Shown here piece by piece: positions 10,107-19,765 of a DNA stretch of 35,957 bases; positions within the stretch are counted from its first letter, which is position 1, and each line of letters begins with the position of its first letter. A program made the translations under genes and the position numbers. This DNA is from an uncultured Clostridiaceae bacterium (GTDB lineage: Bacteria > Bacillota > Clostridia > DUPQ01), in NCBI GenBank assembly GCA_964475455.1, contig CAYYXJ010000006.1, forward strand, positions 1 to 35,957, given 5' to 3'. The notes beneath the pieces were generated by a model. The model was not told where the DNA came from and made no database searches. It saw only the letters and a program-made list of their open reading frames with translations.

Positions 10107-12293
10107 TCATACCGGCAAAGTGAGCTTTTTTCCCAGTTCCAGGTCATACTCATCCGGGTTCCACTTTTTGATACCGCTGTAATGATGGAAAGTAAGCTCA
10201 CCGAAATAGATTTTTTCATCTATCACATATGCATCAACCCTTATATGTAAAAATGGTTTTGCCAGTTCTCTGACCATATCAACCAATTTATCGTATACTG
10301 CCGGCTTTGTAAGTTCATCTGTATAGGTTCTTCGTCCGTAAACTTTGATTGGATTGAATTCGATGTCAAAAAAATTATTGGTCCTGGCTTCACCCAGATT
10401 GGTTGCCAAAAGTAAAACTTCCGGTTCACCATTAAAGCAGAAGAACTTGTAATTCATGGGATGTCCGTATTTCTCATCTTTCATGAACTTCTCGCATAAA
10501 ATCCTTACTTCCATGTCCTTGTACTGCCACTCACGGTGTTCAAGATAAAAATCTCTTTTCATCCATCGGTCAATCATCCTTTTTAGTTTTTTATGATTAA
10601 TTGTAGTTTTATCTTCACATAAAAAGTAATCACCCGAAGTGTGGTTTGGCTTCAGTACGAATTCATTTGGAAGTTTATCAAAATCTATCTCATCATAACT
10701 ATCATAAATACCAAGCAGGGGGAAGAGGTACTCGTTGCCTAATTTTTGAGAAATATACTCTCTCATCTTATATTTATCAGCCAAATCCCTGTAAATTGGT
10801 TTTCTGTCATTCAATTTAAGCCATTGGATTTTTTCTGTATAACGCATAGGATTTTCCAGGTTGAGTTTTCTTCCCATGGCAAACCTGTAGTCAAGTTGAA
10901 TATATCTTTCATCAGAAAGTTTTCTGCCTATTTTACATCTGATAAAGTAAGTAAAAGGTTTTATCAAATTCTTCCAGTGCTTATGGATGGAAAATACATC
11001 CCCATCACCAGCCAGAAGATAAATAGTCAAAATGATAATCAAACTTTTTAATCTATGTCTCATAGCAGTTCCTGCGGTGAAGGTTCCCTGTGCAAAGAAT
11101 AATACAAACAAGAAAAACTGGATTATAAAAATCGCCAGTAAAAATCTCTTGTCCTTATCAGTTTTTCTATACATAGGAATCAGTGCTACAATAAAAACCA
11201 AATAAAACATTGCATCGATTATAAACGCACCCATATCCTTTATTCCGCGCCAGGCCCATGGTACCGGTGAAAATAAAAAATAGAAAATACGCGGAAAGGA
11301 ATAAATGAATATATCCGCAATACTGTCATACTCCAGATTCTTCAAATATGCCGAGCCACCAAAATCCCTGCCAAGAATCTTATATATACGATTAAGTGCA
11401 TCCTCTTTTAAAACTCCAAGTTTGTCAAAAAATATTCTTGACGAAAAGGCAAATAGCAAAACCAAGATTGCAAACACTGCACCAATTATTATCATGGATT
11501 TCCATGAAATACGCAGTTTCTTGTTTTCCCGGTCATAAAATGCAAATACAAAGAGTACAGCGGGAAGCAGGGCCAACACACCAACATGCATTATCATTGC
11601 CGGCAGAAATAGCGCTAAAGTCCAAATCACATATGTTTTACGCCCTTCTTTAAACCACCTTATAAAGAAGTAAAACATTGAAACCATTAAAAACACAATT
11701 ATCGACTCTCTGATAAGCATTGAAAAAAACGGGAATGACAAAGGGAAAAAACACAATATAAACATGGGGAAAATCATTTTTTTCTCTTCAATCTTCAACA
11801 ATCTTCCAATACCGAGGAAAATTAGCTGGGTTACTGACGCCAGCATTATGTTCAGATATTGAGCCATGAATCTGTTGACCCCGATGGTCTTATATAGATA
11901 CACAAGGAAAATAGGATAGTTTCCTTTTTCATTTTCATTCCATTTCATAGTTCCGTTCAAAATTGACAATGCCCTGTTTTGAAATCCAGTTGAATCTATG
12001 TAATCATTGAAAATAACATATGTTAAATCCATATAAACATCCAAAAAGATGTATGTTAATTTGAATATATATGAAAGCACAAGAAAAACAAGAATTGTTC
12101 TTGTTGTAGTGTTCTTTTTGAACGCATATATTAAAACCGCAGTATGTAATATTATTGAAAAGATATTTAGTATTTCCTGTTTAATGATATTCTTAAATAT
12201 CAGAAATACTACTAAATCAAATAAAAACGCAACTAAAAGCAATGCCAGGGGAAACCATTTTCTATCACTGTACTTCTTTATTGATCTTTTCAT
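10107..12293 (-). CDS. Fusion protein: N-terminal Wzy/GT-C-like polytopic membrane domain (aa 1-~430) plus C-terminal TupA-type ATP-grasp amidoligase domain (aa ~445-728)
   Basis: The N-terminal half has about a dozen hydrophobic segments and one larger loop (KLGVLKEDALNRIYKILGRDFGGSAYLKNLEYDS). The C-terminal half carries TupA-like ATP-grasp blocks: EKIQWLKLNDRKPIY, FVLKPNHTSGD, REWQYKD, NYKFFCFNGEP, IRVDAYVIDEKIYFGELTFHHYSG. It aligns end to end with the stand-alone ORF 34264..35175. Confidence 0.7.
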   Translation of the reverse strand: MKRSIKKYSDRKWFPLALLLVAFLFDLVVFLIFKNIIKQEILNIFSIILHTAVLIYAFKKNTTTRTILVFLVLSYIFKLTYIFLDVYMDLTYVIFNDYIDSTGFQNRALSILNGTMKWNENEKGNYPIFLVYLYKTIGVNRFMAQYLNIMLASVTQLIFLGIGRLLKIEEKKMIFPMFILCFFPLSFPFFSMLIRESIIVFLMVSMFYFFIRWFKEGRKTYVIWTLALFLPAMIMHVGVLALLPAVLFVFAFYDRENKKLRISWKSMIIIGAVFAILVLLFAFSSRIFFDKLGVLKEDALNRIYKILGRDFGGSAYLKNLEYDSIADIFIYSFPRIFYFLFSPVPWAWRGIKDMGAFIIDAMFYLVFIVALIPMYRKTDKDKRFLLAIFIIQFFLFVLFFAQGTFTAGTAMRHRLKSLIIILTIYLLAGDGDVFSIHKHWKNLIKPFTYFIRCKIGRKLSDERYIQLDYRFAMGRKLNLENPMRYTEKIQWLKLNDRKPIYRDLADKYKMREYISQKLGNEYLFPLLGIYDSYDEIDFDKLPNEFVLKPNHTSGDYFLCEDKTTINHKKLKRMIDRWMKRDFYLEHREWQYKDMEVRILCEKFMKDEKYGHPMNYKFFCFNGEPEVLLLATNLGEARTNNFFDIEFNPIKVYGRRTYTDELTKPAVYDKLVDMVRELAKPFLHIRVDAYVIDEKIYFGELTFHHYSGIKKWNPDEYDLELGKKLTLPV

Positions 12294-12356
12294 ATGTTTT
12301 AAGTCCCCGCTTCCCGATGATAAAATTTATACTGTTTTAATGTTACCAAATTTCAC

Positions 12357-12385
12357 ACTATAAAGCACCCTAAAACACTTCTGAA
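12357..12385 (-). promoter_or_regulatory. Sigma-A-like promoter TTCAGA-17-TATAGT upstream of the Wzy-like/ATP-grasp fusion gene
   Basis: Read on the reverse strand within the 138-nt gap 12294..12431. Motif only. Confidence 0.35.
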
Positions 12386-12431
12386 ATGCTTTTTGTGTCT
12401 TGCAGTTAACTACATTTCCCAAGCAGGCGCT

Positions 12432-13268
12432 CTATCTTTCAGCTAAATACTCAAAAAACCCACCCTTTGATTTGACTGCCAGATAGTTAGGTGAAGAATT
12501 CCAGAAGTTGAACCTGTCTTTCATTTCAAAATCAATGTATTCTGGATATATTTTCCCTACACGATATTCATCCCCAAGGAATTGTTCAAAATCATTGGGT
12601 GTTATCCCCAGATTAATACCATATTCATTCAACTCAAATTGAATTATGTCTATATTCCCATCCCTGAGCATATTACTGAAACCATTCAAAACCTTCAATT
12701 CGTGGCCTTCTACATCAATTTTAAGAAAATTGATTCTTTTGATGTCATTATTCGCACAAAACGAATCCCCGGTCAACATCGGTACTTTGAATTTTTCATA
12801 AAATTCTTCCTGTGGAAAATCAATTGAGTTACGGGTGTAATTACCCTCCCTGCAATTTACTGCAAAGTCTTTGTTATTGCAATCCGACAAAGCCGAATTA
12901 ATACAATTCACATTGTATTTTTCTGTATTTTTCTGAAGCTCTTGAAAGGTCTGGGGACACATTTCAAAGGAGTATATATTTCCCTGTTTAAATATTTTGG
13001 CTGCCATTACACTCCAATTACCGACATTAGCTCCGACATCAAAAATTGTGTTAAACCTTTCTGATTCTAGTTTACTGAGCTTATCAAGCAGATTCCTCTC
13101 CCCGTTCTTATCCATTTTATAAATGAAGTTACGATATCCCTTCAAATAATTGAAGGCTATCTTATAAAAAAGAGGTTCCTTGTTCCTCTTATACCTGTCC
13201 CGGCTACCTCTTTCTCTTATCCAATCTCCAAGAAAAATTTTTAATCTGCCCGATTTTTTAGAATCCAT
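12432..13268 (-). CDS. FkbM-family SAM-dependent methyltransferase
   Basis: FDVGANVGNWS (SAM motif I) and LKIDVEGHELKVLNG, both typical of FkbM-family methyltransferases. ATG 13268 is preceded by AGGTGAGG with a 5-nt spacer. An alternative GTG at 13277 overlaps the ABC gene stop (GTGA). Confidence 0.75.
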   Translation of the reverse strand: MDSKKSGRLKIFLGDWIRERGSRDRYKRNKEPLFYKIAFNYLKGYRNFIYKMDKNGERNLLDKLSKLESERFNTIFDVGANVGNWSVMAAKIFKQGNIYSFEMCPQTFQELQKNTEKYNVNCINSALSDCNNKDFAVNCREGNYTRNSIDFPQEEFYEKFKVPMLTGDSFCANNDIKRINFLKIDVEGHELKVLNGFSNMLRDGNIDIIQFELNEYGINLGITPNDFEQFLGDEYRVGKIYPEYIDFEMKDRFNFWNSSPNYLAVKSKGGFFEYLAER

Positions 13269-13273
13269 CAGCC

Positions 13274-14998
13274 TCACCTTTTATCTATAATATCTATGGT
13301 TCCGTTATCTTTTACATCAATTATAAAATCCGCATCCGCAACAGTGCTTTGTCTATGGGCTATGACTATAACTGTAACACTGTCTTTCAGAGACTTTATT
13401 GTTTCCATTATACCGCTTTCATTTTTCGCATCCAGGGCACTGGTTGCTTCATCCAAAATCAACATACTTGGCCTGTTAACCAAAGCCCTTGCCAGAGCAA
13501 TCCGCTGCTTCTCTCCACCCGACAACCTAATTCCCTTGTTCCCCATCAATGTATCAAGGCCTTCCGGCAATTTCCGCACAAAATCCAGGGCCTGTGATTT
13601 TTCAAGTGCTTCCATTATGTCTTTGTCTGATGAATCCGGGTTAAACCTGGTTATATTCTCCCTTATACTTTTATTCAGAATAATGGGTTCCTGAGCCATA
13701 TAGCCAATCGACTTTCTCCAGGACCTTACATTGTTGCTGTCCAGTATCCTGGAATCTATGGAAATAGTTCCCTCAACCGGCTTAAGAAGCCCCATGATCA
13801 AATCAACTATGGTACTCTTGCCGACACCTGACCTTCCCTGTATGGCTGTTATTGTTTTTGCTGCGATTGAGAATGATGCGTTTTCAAGTATTTTATCTTC
13901 AGTTCCCTTATATGAGAATGTAACATTGTCAAAAACAATCTCTTTGCCCAGTTCAATATGTTTCTCCTGACCATTCCGGACATCAGACGCATTACCAAGT
14001 GAAACCAATATACTGCTTACATTGTCAAATGAAGGGAGGGCACTGTAAAGATTCTGAACCTGCTTATGGAACTGGGAAAACACCGGCCAAATTCTGGCAA
14101 AAATGTAAACTATCAAAAACAATTCCACCGTATCAACTTTAAGAACAACATTTGCTATATAAAAGATAACTGCAATTAAAACTGTAGAGCTCATCGAAAA
14201 CAACAATGTGGGCAATGAAGACATCCTGGTACGTCTTATATTGGCCGTTTCATATTCATCCAGGACTTCATGGAGTAATTCCTTATGTGAATCCTCAACT
14301 CCGTAGCTTTTAATCTCCTTAATACTATCCAGCTGGTTCTTAATTTCTCCGAGATATCTCCTGTTGGCAACCCGCAGGCTCTCTCCGTTTTTTTTCGCAA
14401 TATCAAAGAACTTCCTGAATGAAAAAAAGAAAAATCCACCTACAAAAATTACAATTGCCGTTAATGGAACATTCAATGCAAAAGCTATTGTCATCTGGGT
14501 AGCAGCTGAAATAATTATTGAGATTAAAACAGGGAAAATAGTTATTGCTATGCTTATCTGCGCTGTTTCATTTGTTAGTGTATTCAGTAAATCCTCATGC
14601 TTCTGGGCAGTCAGTACTTCCCAGTCCGCATCTATGACAGCATCATAAACCTTTAATCTCAATTGCTTGACATATTTTTGTACGAATTTTGTATTATAGA
14701 CTGCCATCCAGCGTGTTACCAATGAGACCAGTAAAATCAGTGAAATATACACAAGCAGCAAAATAATAATCCTGAGTGAATAAGGCATATTTGAGAACAG
14801 TGAAACAGCAAATGAAAATATTCCGATGTCCGTTCCGCTGATGTTAATCACATCAAGCATAGGTATCAGCATGACAACACTGATTCCGTTTGTCAGTGAG
14901 CTTATGACCGACAACAGAATGATGACTATCATTTCCTTTGTGTAATTTTTAAAAGCGCTTTTTACCATTTTGAACATCCGCAGGATACTCCTTATCAT
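13274..14998 (-). CDS. ABC half-transporter, type I exporter (fused 6-TM domain plus NBD; MsbA/PglK-like)
   Basis: Walker A GRSGVGKST, Q-loop MAQEP, signature LSGGEKQRIALARAL, Walker B LILDEATSALD and H-loop VIAHR. The N-terminal half is hydrophobic. An alternative start at ATG 14977 follows an AGGAG. Confidence 0.85.
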   Translation of the reverse strand: MIRSILRMFKMVKSAFKNYTKEMIVIILLSVISSLTNGISVVMLIPMLDVINISGTDIGIFSFAVSLFSNMPYSLRIIILLLVYISLILLVSLVTRWMAVYNTKFVQKYVKQLRLKVYDAVIDADWEVLTAQKHEDLLNTLTNETAQISIAITIFPVLISIIISAATQMTIAFALNVPLTAIVIFVGGFFFFSFRKFFDIAKKNGESLRVANRRYLGEIKNQLDSIKEIKSYGVEDSHKELLHEVLDEYETANIRRTRMSSLPTLLFSMSSTVLIAVIFYIANVVLKVDTVELFLIVYIFARIWPVFSQFHKQVQNLYSALPSFDNVSSILVSLGNASDVRNGQEKHIELGKEIVFDNVTFSYKGTEDKILENASFSIAAKTITAIQGRSGVGKSTIVDLIMGLLKPVEGTISIDSRILDSNNVRSWRKSIGYMAQEPIILNKSIRENITRFNPDSSDKDIMEALEKSQALDFVRKLPEGLDTLMGNKGIRLSGGEKQRIALARALVNRPSMLILDEATSALDAKNESGIMETIKSLKDSVTVIVIAHRQSTVADADFIIDVKDNGTIDIIDKR

Positions 14999-15063
14999 CC
15001 GAACACTTGTTGTCAGCTCAAGAATAAACTTTCAAATCCACACCATTTTGCAACATACAGTTA

Positions 15064-15072
15064 ATTATACCA
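15064..15072 (-). promoter_or_regulatory. Extended -10 element TGGTATAAT upstream of the ABC exporter / FkbM pair
   Basis: The reverse strand of the 86-nt gap 14999..15084 reads tttTGGTATAATtaac. Motif only. Confidence 0.3.
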
Positions 15073-15084
15073 AAAATCTGCGCA

Positions 15085-16266
15085 TTACCTGCCAATAAAC
15101 ATTTTTATGAGTTTTCTTGCAATCCCATAAAAATCAACTTTTCTTCCAGCAATTTCTTTGTTATATCTTCGTACAAATCCCATGGGAATTTCTTTATTAT
15201 TGAATTCAACACCAAAAATTGCAGCAATGCATTTGCACAAACTAATCTGATTCATCTTGTGGTTAGCAATAATCTGATTTGCAAGATTTCGTTTGTCTTC
15301 GTCGGTCAATAGAATCCTCTGGTCCAGAGCGACATCAGGAAGTGGTTTTTTATTGAATAATTCCCCATCATAACCGAAATATCTCCTGGCAATTTCTCTG
15401 TTCCCCGAATCAAATACCTGTTGATATTCCTTACTCAATAACATACTGACCTGGGGGCTCTCAATGGCGGTATCCACAACCATTCTATTGAGCTGATGCC
15501 TTGCCCTGTAAGCATTGGGATCAGCTAAATTGTAAAGATTTGAATTAATTATCCGCATGAACTCACACTGTTTTACATTGAGTGAAGTATTCAATCTCAC
15601 TTCTTCCATGGAAAACCTGGGAATCCCAATTGTTTTACAAAAATCACTGATAATATCATGCTCATACAAACTGCTTTTATCAAAAATTCTCAGTATGATA
15701 TTCTCTATACCAAAAACATCCTCCCACAATTTAAGTTTTTTATTGAAATCATAAAAATCCGCATTTGCAAAATCTGTAAGCCTGCTTATTACTTTGGCCT
15801 CATTGTTTTTAACTGAAGTTGAATACCTGCTGCAAAGAAGCTCACTTTGTTCCCTGAGATATAAAACAATCTTAACATTTTCGCTCAATCCACTGAGTAA
15901 ATCCTTCAATCTTGCTATTTCCTCGGGGTATTTAAGTGATTGATAGCAGTGCTCATTGGACAAAATGACATTTTTACCATTAAATCCACCTATTTCAGCC
16001 CTAAGAGCCTTATAAAACCTTTTCCTGAATGAAATAATCTGTTTCCTGGTTTCAGTTTTGCATATACTCCTCATTCGGGATGTTCTGTTTTCATTCATTG
16101 CATAGTTAGCTAAATAAATATTATTGGGATTAATCTTCCTTGGTTCTTCAGGAACAAGGAATCCTGCATCATAAAGGCGGCCTGCATTCTTCGCCAAATA
16201 ATATTGGAGAGTTGTTGTTCCGGTCTTCGGACTTCCTATATGCAAATAGATAGTTTCCCTGCTCAT
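15085..16266 (-). CDS. Divergent sulfotransferase-like protein (P-loop core plus conserved C-terminal tail), pair 1 copy b
   Basis: HIGSPKTGTTTLQ (5'-PSB-like) and YLREQSELLCSRY (R-x7-S, 3'-PB-like). Start moved to ATG 16266 (MSRETIYLHIG), preceded by GGAAGGA with a 7-nt spacer. Paralog of 16298..17509. Confidence 0.55.
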   Translation of the reverse strand: MSRETIYLHIGSPKTGTTTLQYYLAKNAGRLYDAGFLVPEEPRKINPNNIYLANYAMNENRTSRMRSICKTETRKQIISFRKRFYKALRAEIGGFNGKNVILSNEHCYQSLKYPEEIARLKDLLSGLSENVKIVLYLREQSELLCSRYSTSVKNNEAKVISRLTDFANADFYDFNKKLKLWEDVFGIENIILRIFDKSSLYEHDIISDFCKTIGIPRFSMEEVRLNTSLNVKQCEFMRIINSNLYNLADPNAYRARHQLNRMVVDTAIESPQVSMLLSKEYQQVFDSGNREIARRYFGYDGELFNKKPLPDVALDQRILLTDEDKRNLANQIIANHKMNQISLCKCIAAIFGVEFNNKEIPMGFVRRYNKEIAGRKVDFYGIARKLIKMFIGR

Positions 16267-16297
16267 ATTCAATTCCTTCCATCGGATTGTTGGAATT

Positions 16298-17509
16298 TTA
16301 CCTTTTGTAAACTTTTTTTATAATTGAAACCAATTTTTTCCGTATTTTTTTCAGAACACGCCTGAAGCCACCCCTTTGGTATCTGCTTACCTTATTCATG
16401 TCAAGTGATTCAATGAATTCCCTGGAAATTAATTCATCATTATACTTAACATTGAAAATAGCTGCTATACATTTACACAAAACTTCGTTACTGTTCCTGT
16501 ATTTATCTATTATTTCTGATGCCATGGTTCTTTTTTCATCTTCCGAGAGAATTTCGCATTGAGAAAGGCTTTTATCAGATAATTTTTTCTTATCAAAGAG
16601 ATCTTTTTCGAAACCAAAATATCTTTGAAACAATTTCACATTCTCCTGCTCATATACGGTTTGGTAATCCTTGTTGATAAGAACCGATAATTCCGGACTG
16701 TCGGGTTTTATACCCTCAACCATGTCAACAAGACCATTTCTGATGACATTGATTCTGTTTTTACTGTAATAAGGGATATATTCATTTATTAAACGCAAAA
16801 ATTCACATTGCGCAGCATTGAGTTTCTCATTCAAATACTGCGGAACAAATCCGACTTTCTCCAAACCTAAAGCCATTGTAAAATCACTGACTATATCATT
16901 GTCAATCATCTTACTCCTGTCAAATATACGCAGAATAATATTCTCAATACCAAAAACCTTTTCCCATAATTTCAACCGCTCGTTATAATTAAATACATCA
17001 TTACCTGCAAATTCATTTATATCCGGCATTTCAAATGTTTTTCCGCCTCTCATCCTTGTAGAATATAAACTGCAAAGCATATCAGCCTGTTCCCTTATGT
17101 AGACAATAATTTTAATATCAACATTCAAATCACTGAACAAATCCTTGAGTTTTTGGATTTCATCCTGTGTTTTAAGGTTTTCGTAGCATTGTTCACTTGA
17201 AAATATAATCTTGGAACCGGTGAAATTCCTTATTTCAGCTGACAGCTTATTTTTAAACTTTTTTCTAAAAACCCTCAACTGTCTTTCGGTGTAAATGCCG
17301 TTTCGGATACTGACTTCAGTTATTGTGGTTTTATTTATACAATAGTTTGCCAAAAGTGTATGATTTGCCAGATATCTGCGGGATGAAGCAGGTACAAGAC
17401 ATCCCTTTTTGCTTAGCAAATCACTGTTTGAGGCCAAATAATTTTGTATGGAAGTAGTTCCTGTCTTAGGTGTTCCTATATGTATATATATTGTTTTTTT
17501 CTGTGTCAT
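16298..17509 (-). CDS. Divergent sulfotransferase-like protein, pair 1 copy a
   Basis: HIGTPKTGTTSIQ and YIREQADMLCSLY. Shares LKLWE(K/D)VFGIENIILRIFD and CKCIAAIF blocks with 15085..16266. Confidence 0.55.
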   Translation of the reverse strand: MTQKKTIYIHIGTPKTGTTSIQNYLASNSDLLSKKGCLVPASSRRYLANHTLLANYCINKTTITEVSIRNGIYTERQLRVFRKKFKNKLSAEIRNFTGSKIIFSSEQCYENLKTQDEIQKLKDLFSDLNVDIKIIVYIREQADMLCSLYSTRMRGGKTFEMPDINEFAGNDVFNYNERLKLWEKVFGIENIILRIFDRSKMIDNDIVSDFTMALGLEKVGFVPQYLNEKLNAAQCEFLRLINEYIPYYSKNRINVIRNGLVDMVEGIKPDSPELSVLINKDYQTVYEQENVKLFQRYFGFEKDLFDKKKLSDKSLSQCEILSEDEKRTMASEIIDKYRNSNEVLCKCIAAIFNVKYNDELISREFIESLDMNKVSRYQRGGFRRVLKKIRKKLVSIIKKVYKR

Positions 17510-17524
17510 TAACTCTCCACATAT

Positions 17525-18604
17525 TTACTTGAATTTTTTTAATATTCCGGTGATTTTTTCACTGAACTTAACAAGTGAAAACTCCTCCGCCCTTTTCCTA
17601 ATCACTGTTTTATCCGGTTTCATATTCATTACTTCCAAAACCGCTTCATGTAGTTCCGAAACAGACCCTGGTTTTATAACTCTTCCTGTAACACCGTCAA
17701 TGTTATGATAACTGGTACCTGTCCCCAGTTCAGTGGATATCACCGGAACTGAACAGGCCATTGCCTCTACAGCAACCAAGCCAAACGCCTCTGCCTTGTC
17801 AGTTGAAGGCATTAGAAGCAAGTCAGCACTGCTGTAATAAAAAGGCAGGTCATCATAATGGGCATCATTGATCTTTGTTATCCTGGGATATAGGTTATTT
17901 TCCCTGATGAACTTTTCATCCTTTTTTTTGTAAGCATCCCTGGAAACAACCAAAAGTCTGTATTTTTCATCCAGTTTTTGCAGACATTCAAGAATATGGG
18001 TGAAACCTTTGTACCTTGACATTCTGCCAACGAAAAGAAGGATTTTGTCCTCTCCGGTTTTCAAGATTCTGTTCCTGTAATTATTCTCTCTGTAATAGAA
18101 ATGGTCAACATCAATACCCAAAGGAACTACTGTACATTTATCCTTGAAGTATTTCAAAACTGAAGATGTGTTTATTATATTGGGATTTGAAACAAGTATT
18201 ATATCGGCATCCCTTAGAAACCTTCTGGTAATTGTCATTTGGTAGAATCTGCCTATAATTTTGAACTTGGTTACATCAGCATGAAAATATACGATTTTAT
18301 TTTTAAAATCCGATTTATATAGTTCCGGTTGAAAAGATGGATAATGATAAAAGACAGTTTCATTGGTTTTTGCAAGTTCCCTGAGTGTTTTTTTGAAAGC
18401 ACCGGACCATCTGACAGGGCCAATTCTAAAGGCTGTGCCCAGTCTCAGGCTTTTTACATTCTTATATTCTACAATCTCAGTTTTCTTAGTATTGCTGTAA
18501 GTCAGTACCTCGACTTTTTCGGGATTGAGTGCATCAAGCATCTGCTTTAAAACCACCTCAACACCGCCTACATCTGAAGCCTCCCGCTTATTTATTACTA
18601 TCAT
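17525..18604 (-). CDS. Family 4 (GT-B) glycosyltransferase
   Basis: EAFGLVAVEAMACSVPVISTELGTG block. ATGA overlap with the upstream gene and an AGGTG RBS. Confidence 0.8.
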   Translation of the reverse strand: MIVINKREASDVGGVEVVLKQMLDALNPEKVEVLTYSNTKKTEIVEYKNVKSLRLGTAFRIGPVRWSGAFKKTLRELAKTNETVFYHYPSFQPELYKSDFKNKIVYFHADVTKFKIIGRFYQMTITRRFLRDADIILVSNPNIINTSSVLKYFKDKCTVVPLGIDVDHFYYRENNYRNRILKTGEDKILLFVGRMSRYKGFTHILECLQKLDEKYRLLVVSRDAYKKKDEKFIRENNLYPRITKINDAHYDDLPFYYSSADLLLMPSTDKAEAFGLVAVEAMACSVPVISTELGTGTSYHNIDGVTGRVIKPGSVSELHEAVLEVMNMKPDKTVIRKRAEEFSLVKFSEKITGILKKFK

Positions 18605-19752
18605 TTCACACCTAAAAGCCTTTCATATACCTCCAGGGTTTTTTCTGCACTCTTTTTCCAAGAAAAAGTCAATGCATGCTTTATTCCTTTTTCGATCATA
18701 GCATTCCTAAGTTCATCATCATCAAGCACCCTTGCGATATTATCGGCAATGCCTTTTATGTCAGTAGCATTTGAATAAAGTGCAGCATCACCGCCCGCTT
18801 CTTTCAAGGACGAATTATCTGCTGTAACTACCGGGGTACCGCTGGCCATGGATTCAATTACAGGTATTCCAAACCCCTCATACAATGACGGAAAAACAAA
18901 AACATCTGCTGCTCCGTAAATAAGATTCTTATCCTCTTCATCCACATATCCCAGGCGAATTATATTTTTTGAAGACGGCGAAGTCTTTATTTTATTCAAA
19001 GTTTCTTCTGCCTTCCATCCTATTCCTCCGGCAATGACCAGTTTGTAATCCCTTTTAATTTCATCCCTTTGCAGATTATATGCATCAACAATCGAAATAA
19101 TGTTTTTCCTTGGTTCTATGGTTCCCAGATACAAAATGAATTTTTCAGGCAAATTATATTTCATTCTCAGACCTGCAAGAGTATCGTCATTTATATTTTG
19201 AGCTTTTTTGAAAAATTCATAATCAATACCGGGATTTACAATGCTTATTTTACTTTGGTCTATATCGTGGAATTTCAATAAATCAAGCTTCGAATTTTCC
19301 GAAACGGTTATTATTGCATCTGCCCTTCTTACGGACCTCTCCATCTCCCTGTTCAATATATACAGTGTCTTGTAGCTTACGGTTTCAGGCATGATTTTAT
19401 AGACCATATCATGGATTGTTATTATCACTTTTTTCTTCCTTGAAATGGATGGTGCAGTAAAATTAAAGTAGTGATAAATGTCTCCTTTTGGGAAAAACCA
19501 ATCATAGTTGATCGGCAGCAAACCAGTCAGCAACCGGTATACCTTTGAAGGAATGAATTTGTTGATATATAGGTTATCCGGTTTTATATCGCTCAGTTTT
19601 TCAGCAACATGATTTTTCCCCAAGAAATCAAAACACATCCCCATGACTTCTATATCGTCTTGATTTAAATTGTTTATAATATTGTAGGTATACCAGCCTA
19701 TCCCGGACCGTTTACCGACAAGTGGTTGCAGATCAAAACAAATTCTGGGCAT
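18601..19752 (-). CDS. Family 4 (GT-B) glycosyltransferase
   Basis: EGFGIPVIESMASGTPVVTADNSSLKE block. Start moved to ATG 19752 (MPRICFDL), preceded by AAGGCGG with a 7-nt spacer; the track start at 19758 is a TTG. Confidence 0.8.
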   Translation of the reverse strand: MPRICFDLQPLVGKRSGIGWYTYNIINNLNQDDIEVMGMCFDFLGKNHVAEKLSDIKPDNLYINKFIPSKVYRLLTGLLPINYDWFFPKGDIYHYFNFTAPSISRKKKVIITIHDMVYKIMPETVSYKTLYILNREMERSVRRADAIITVSENSKLDLLKFHDIDQSKISIVNPGIDYEFFKKAQNINDDTLAGLRMKYNLPEKFILYLGTIEPRKNIISIVDAYNLQRDEIKRDYKLVIAGGIGWKAEETLNKIKTSPSSKNIIRLGYVDEEDKNLIYGAADVFVFPSLYEGFGIPVIESMASGTPVVTADNSSLKEAGGDAALYSNATDIKGIADNIARVLDDDELRNAMIEKGIKHALTFSWKKSAEKTLEVYERLLGVK

Positions 19753-19765
19753 ATTCAAACCGCCT

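Noticed and set aside
12432-13268. FkbM methyltransferase as a marker of a polyketide/macrolide cluster
   Set aside because: There are no PKS/NRPS genes in the window. FkbM-family enzymes are common O-methyltransferases in polysaccharide loci.
13274-14998. ABC exporter as a bacteriocin/lantibiotic or drug efflux pump
   Set aside because: There is no N-terminal C39 peptidase domain, no precursor-peptide-like small ORF, and no immunity or modification genes nearby. Its coupling to a glycan-type FkbM methyltransferase inside a glycan locus favours a glycan-related role, though drug efflux cannot be excluded from sequence alone.
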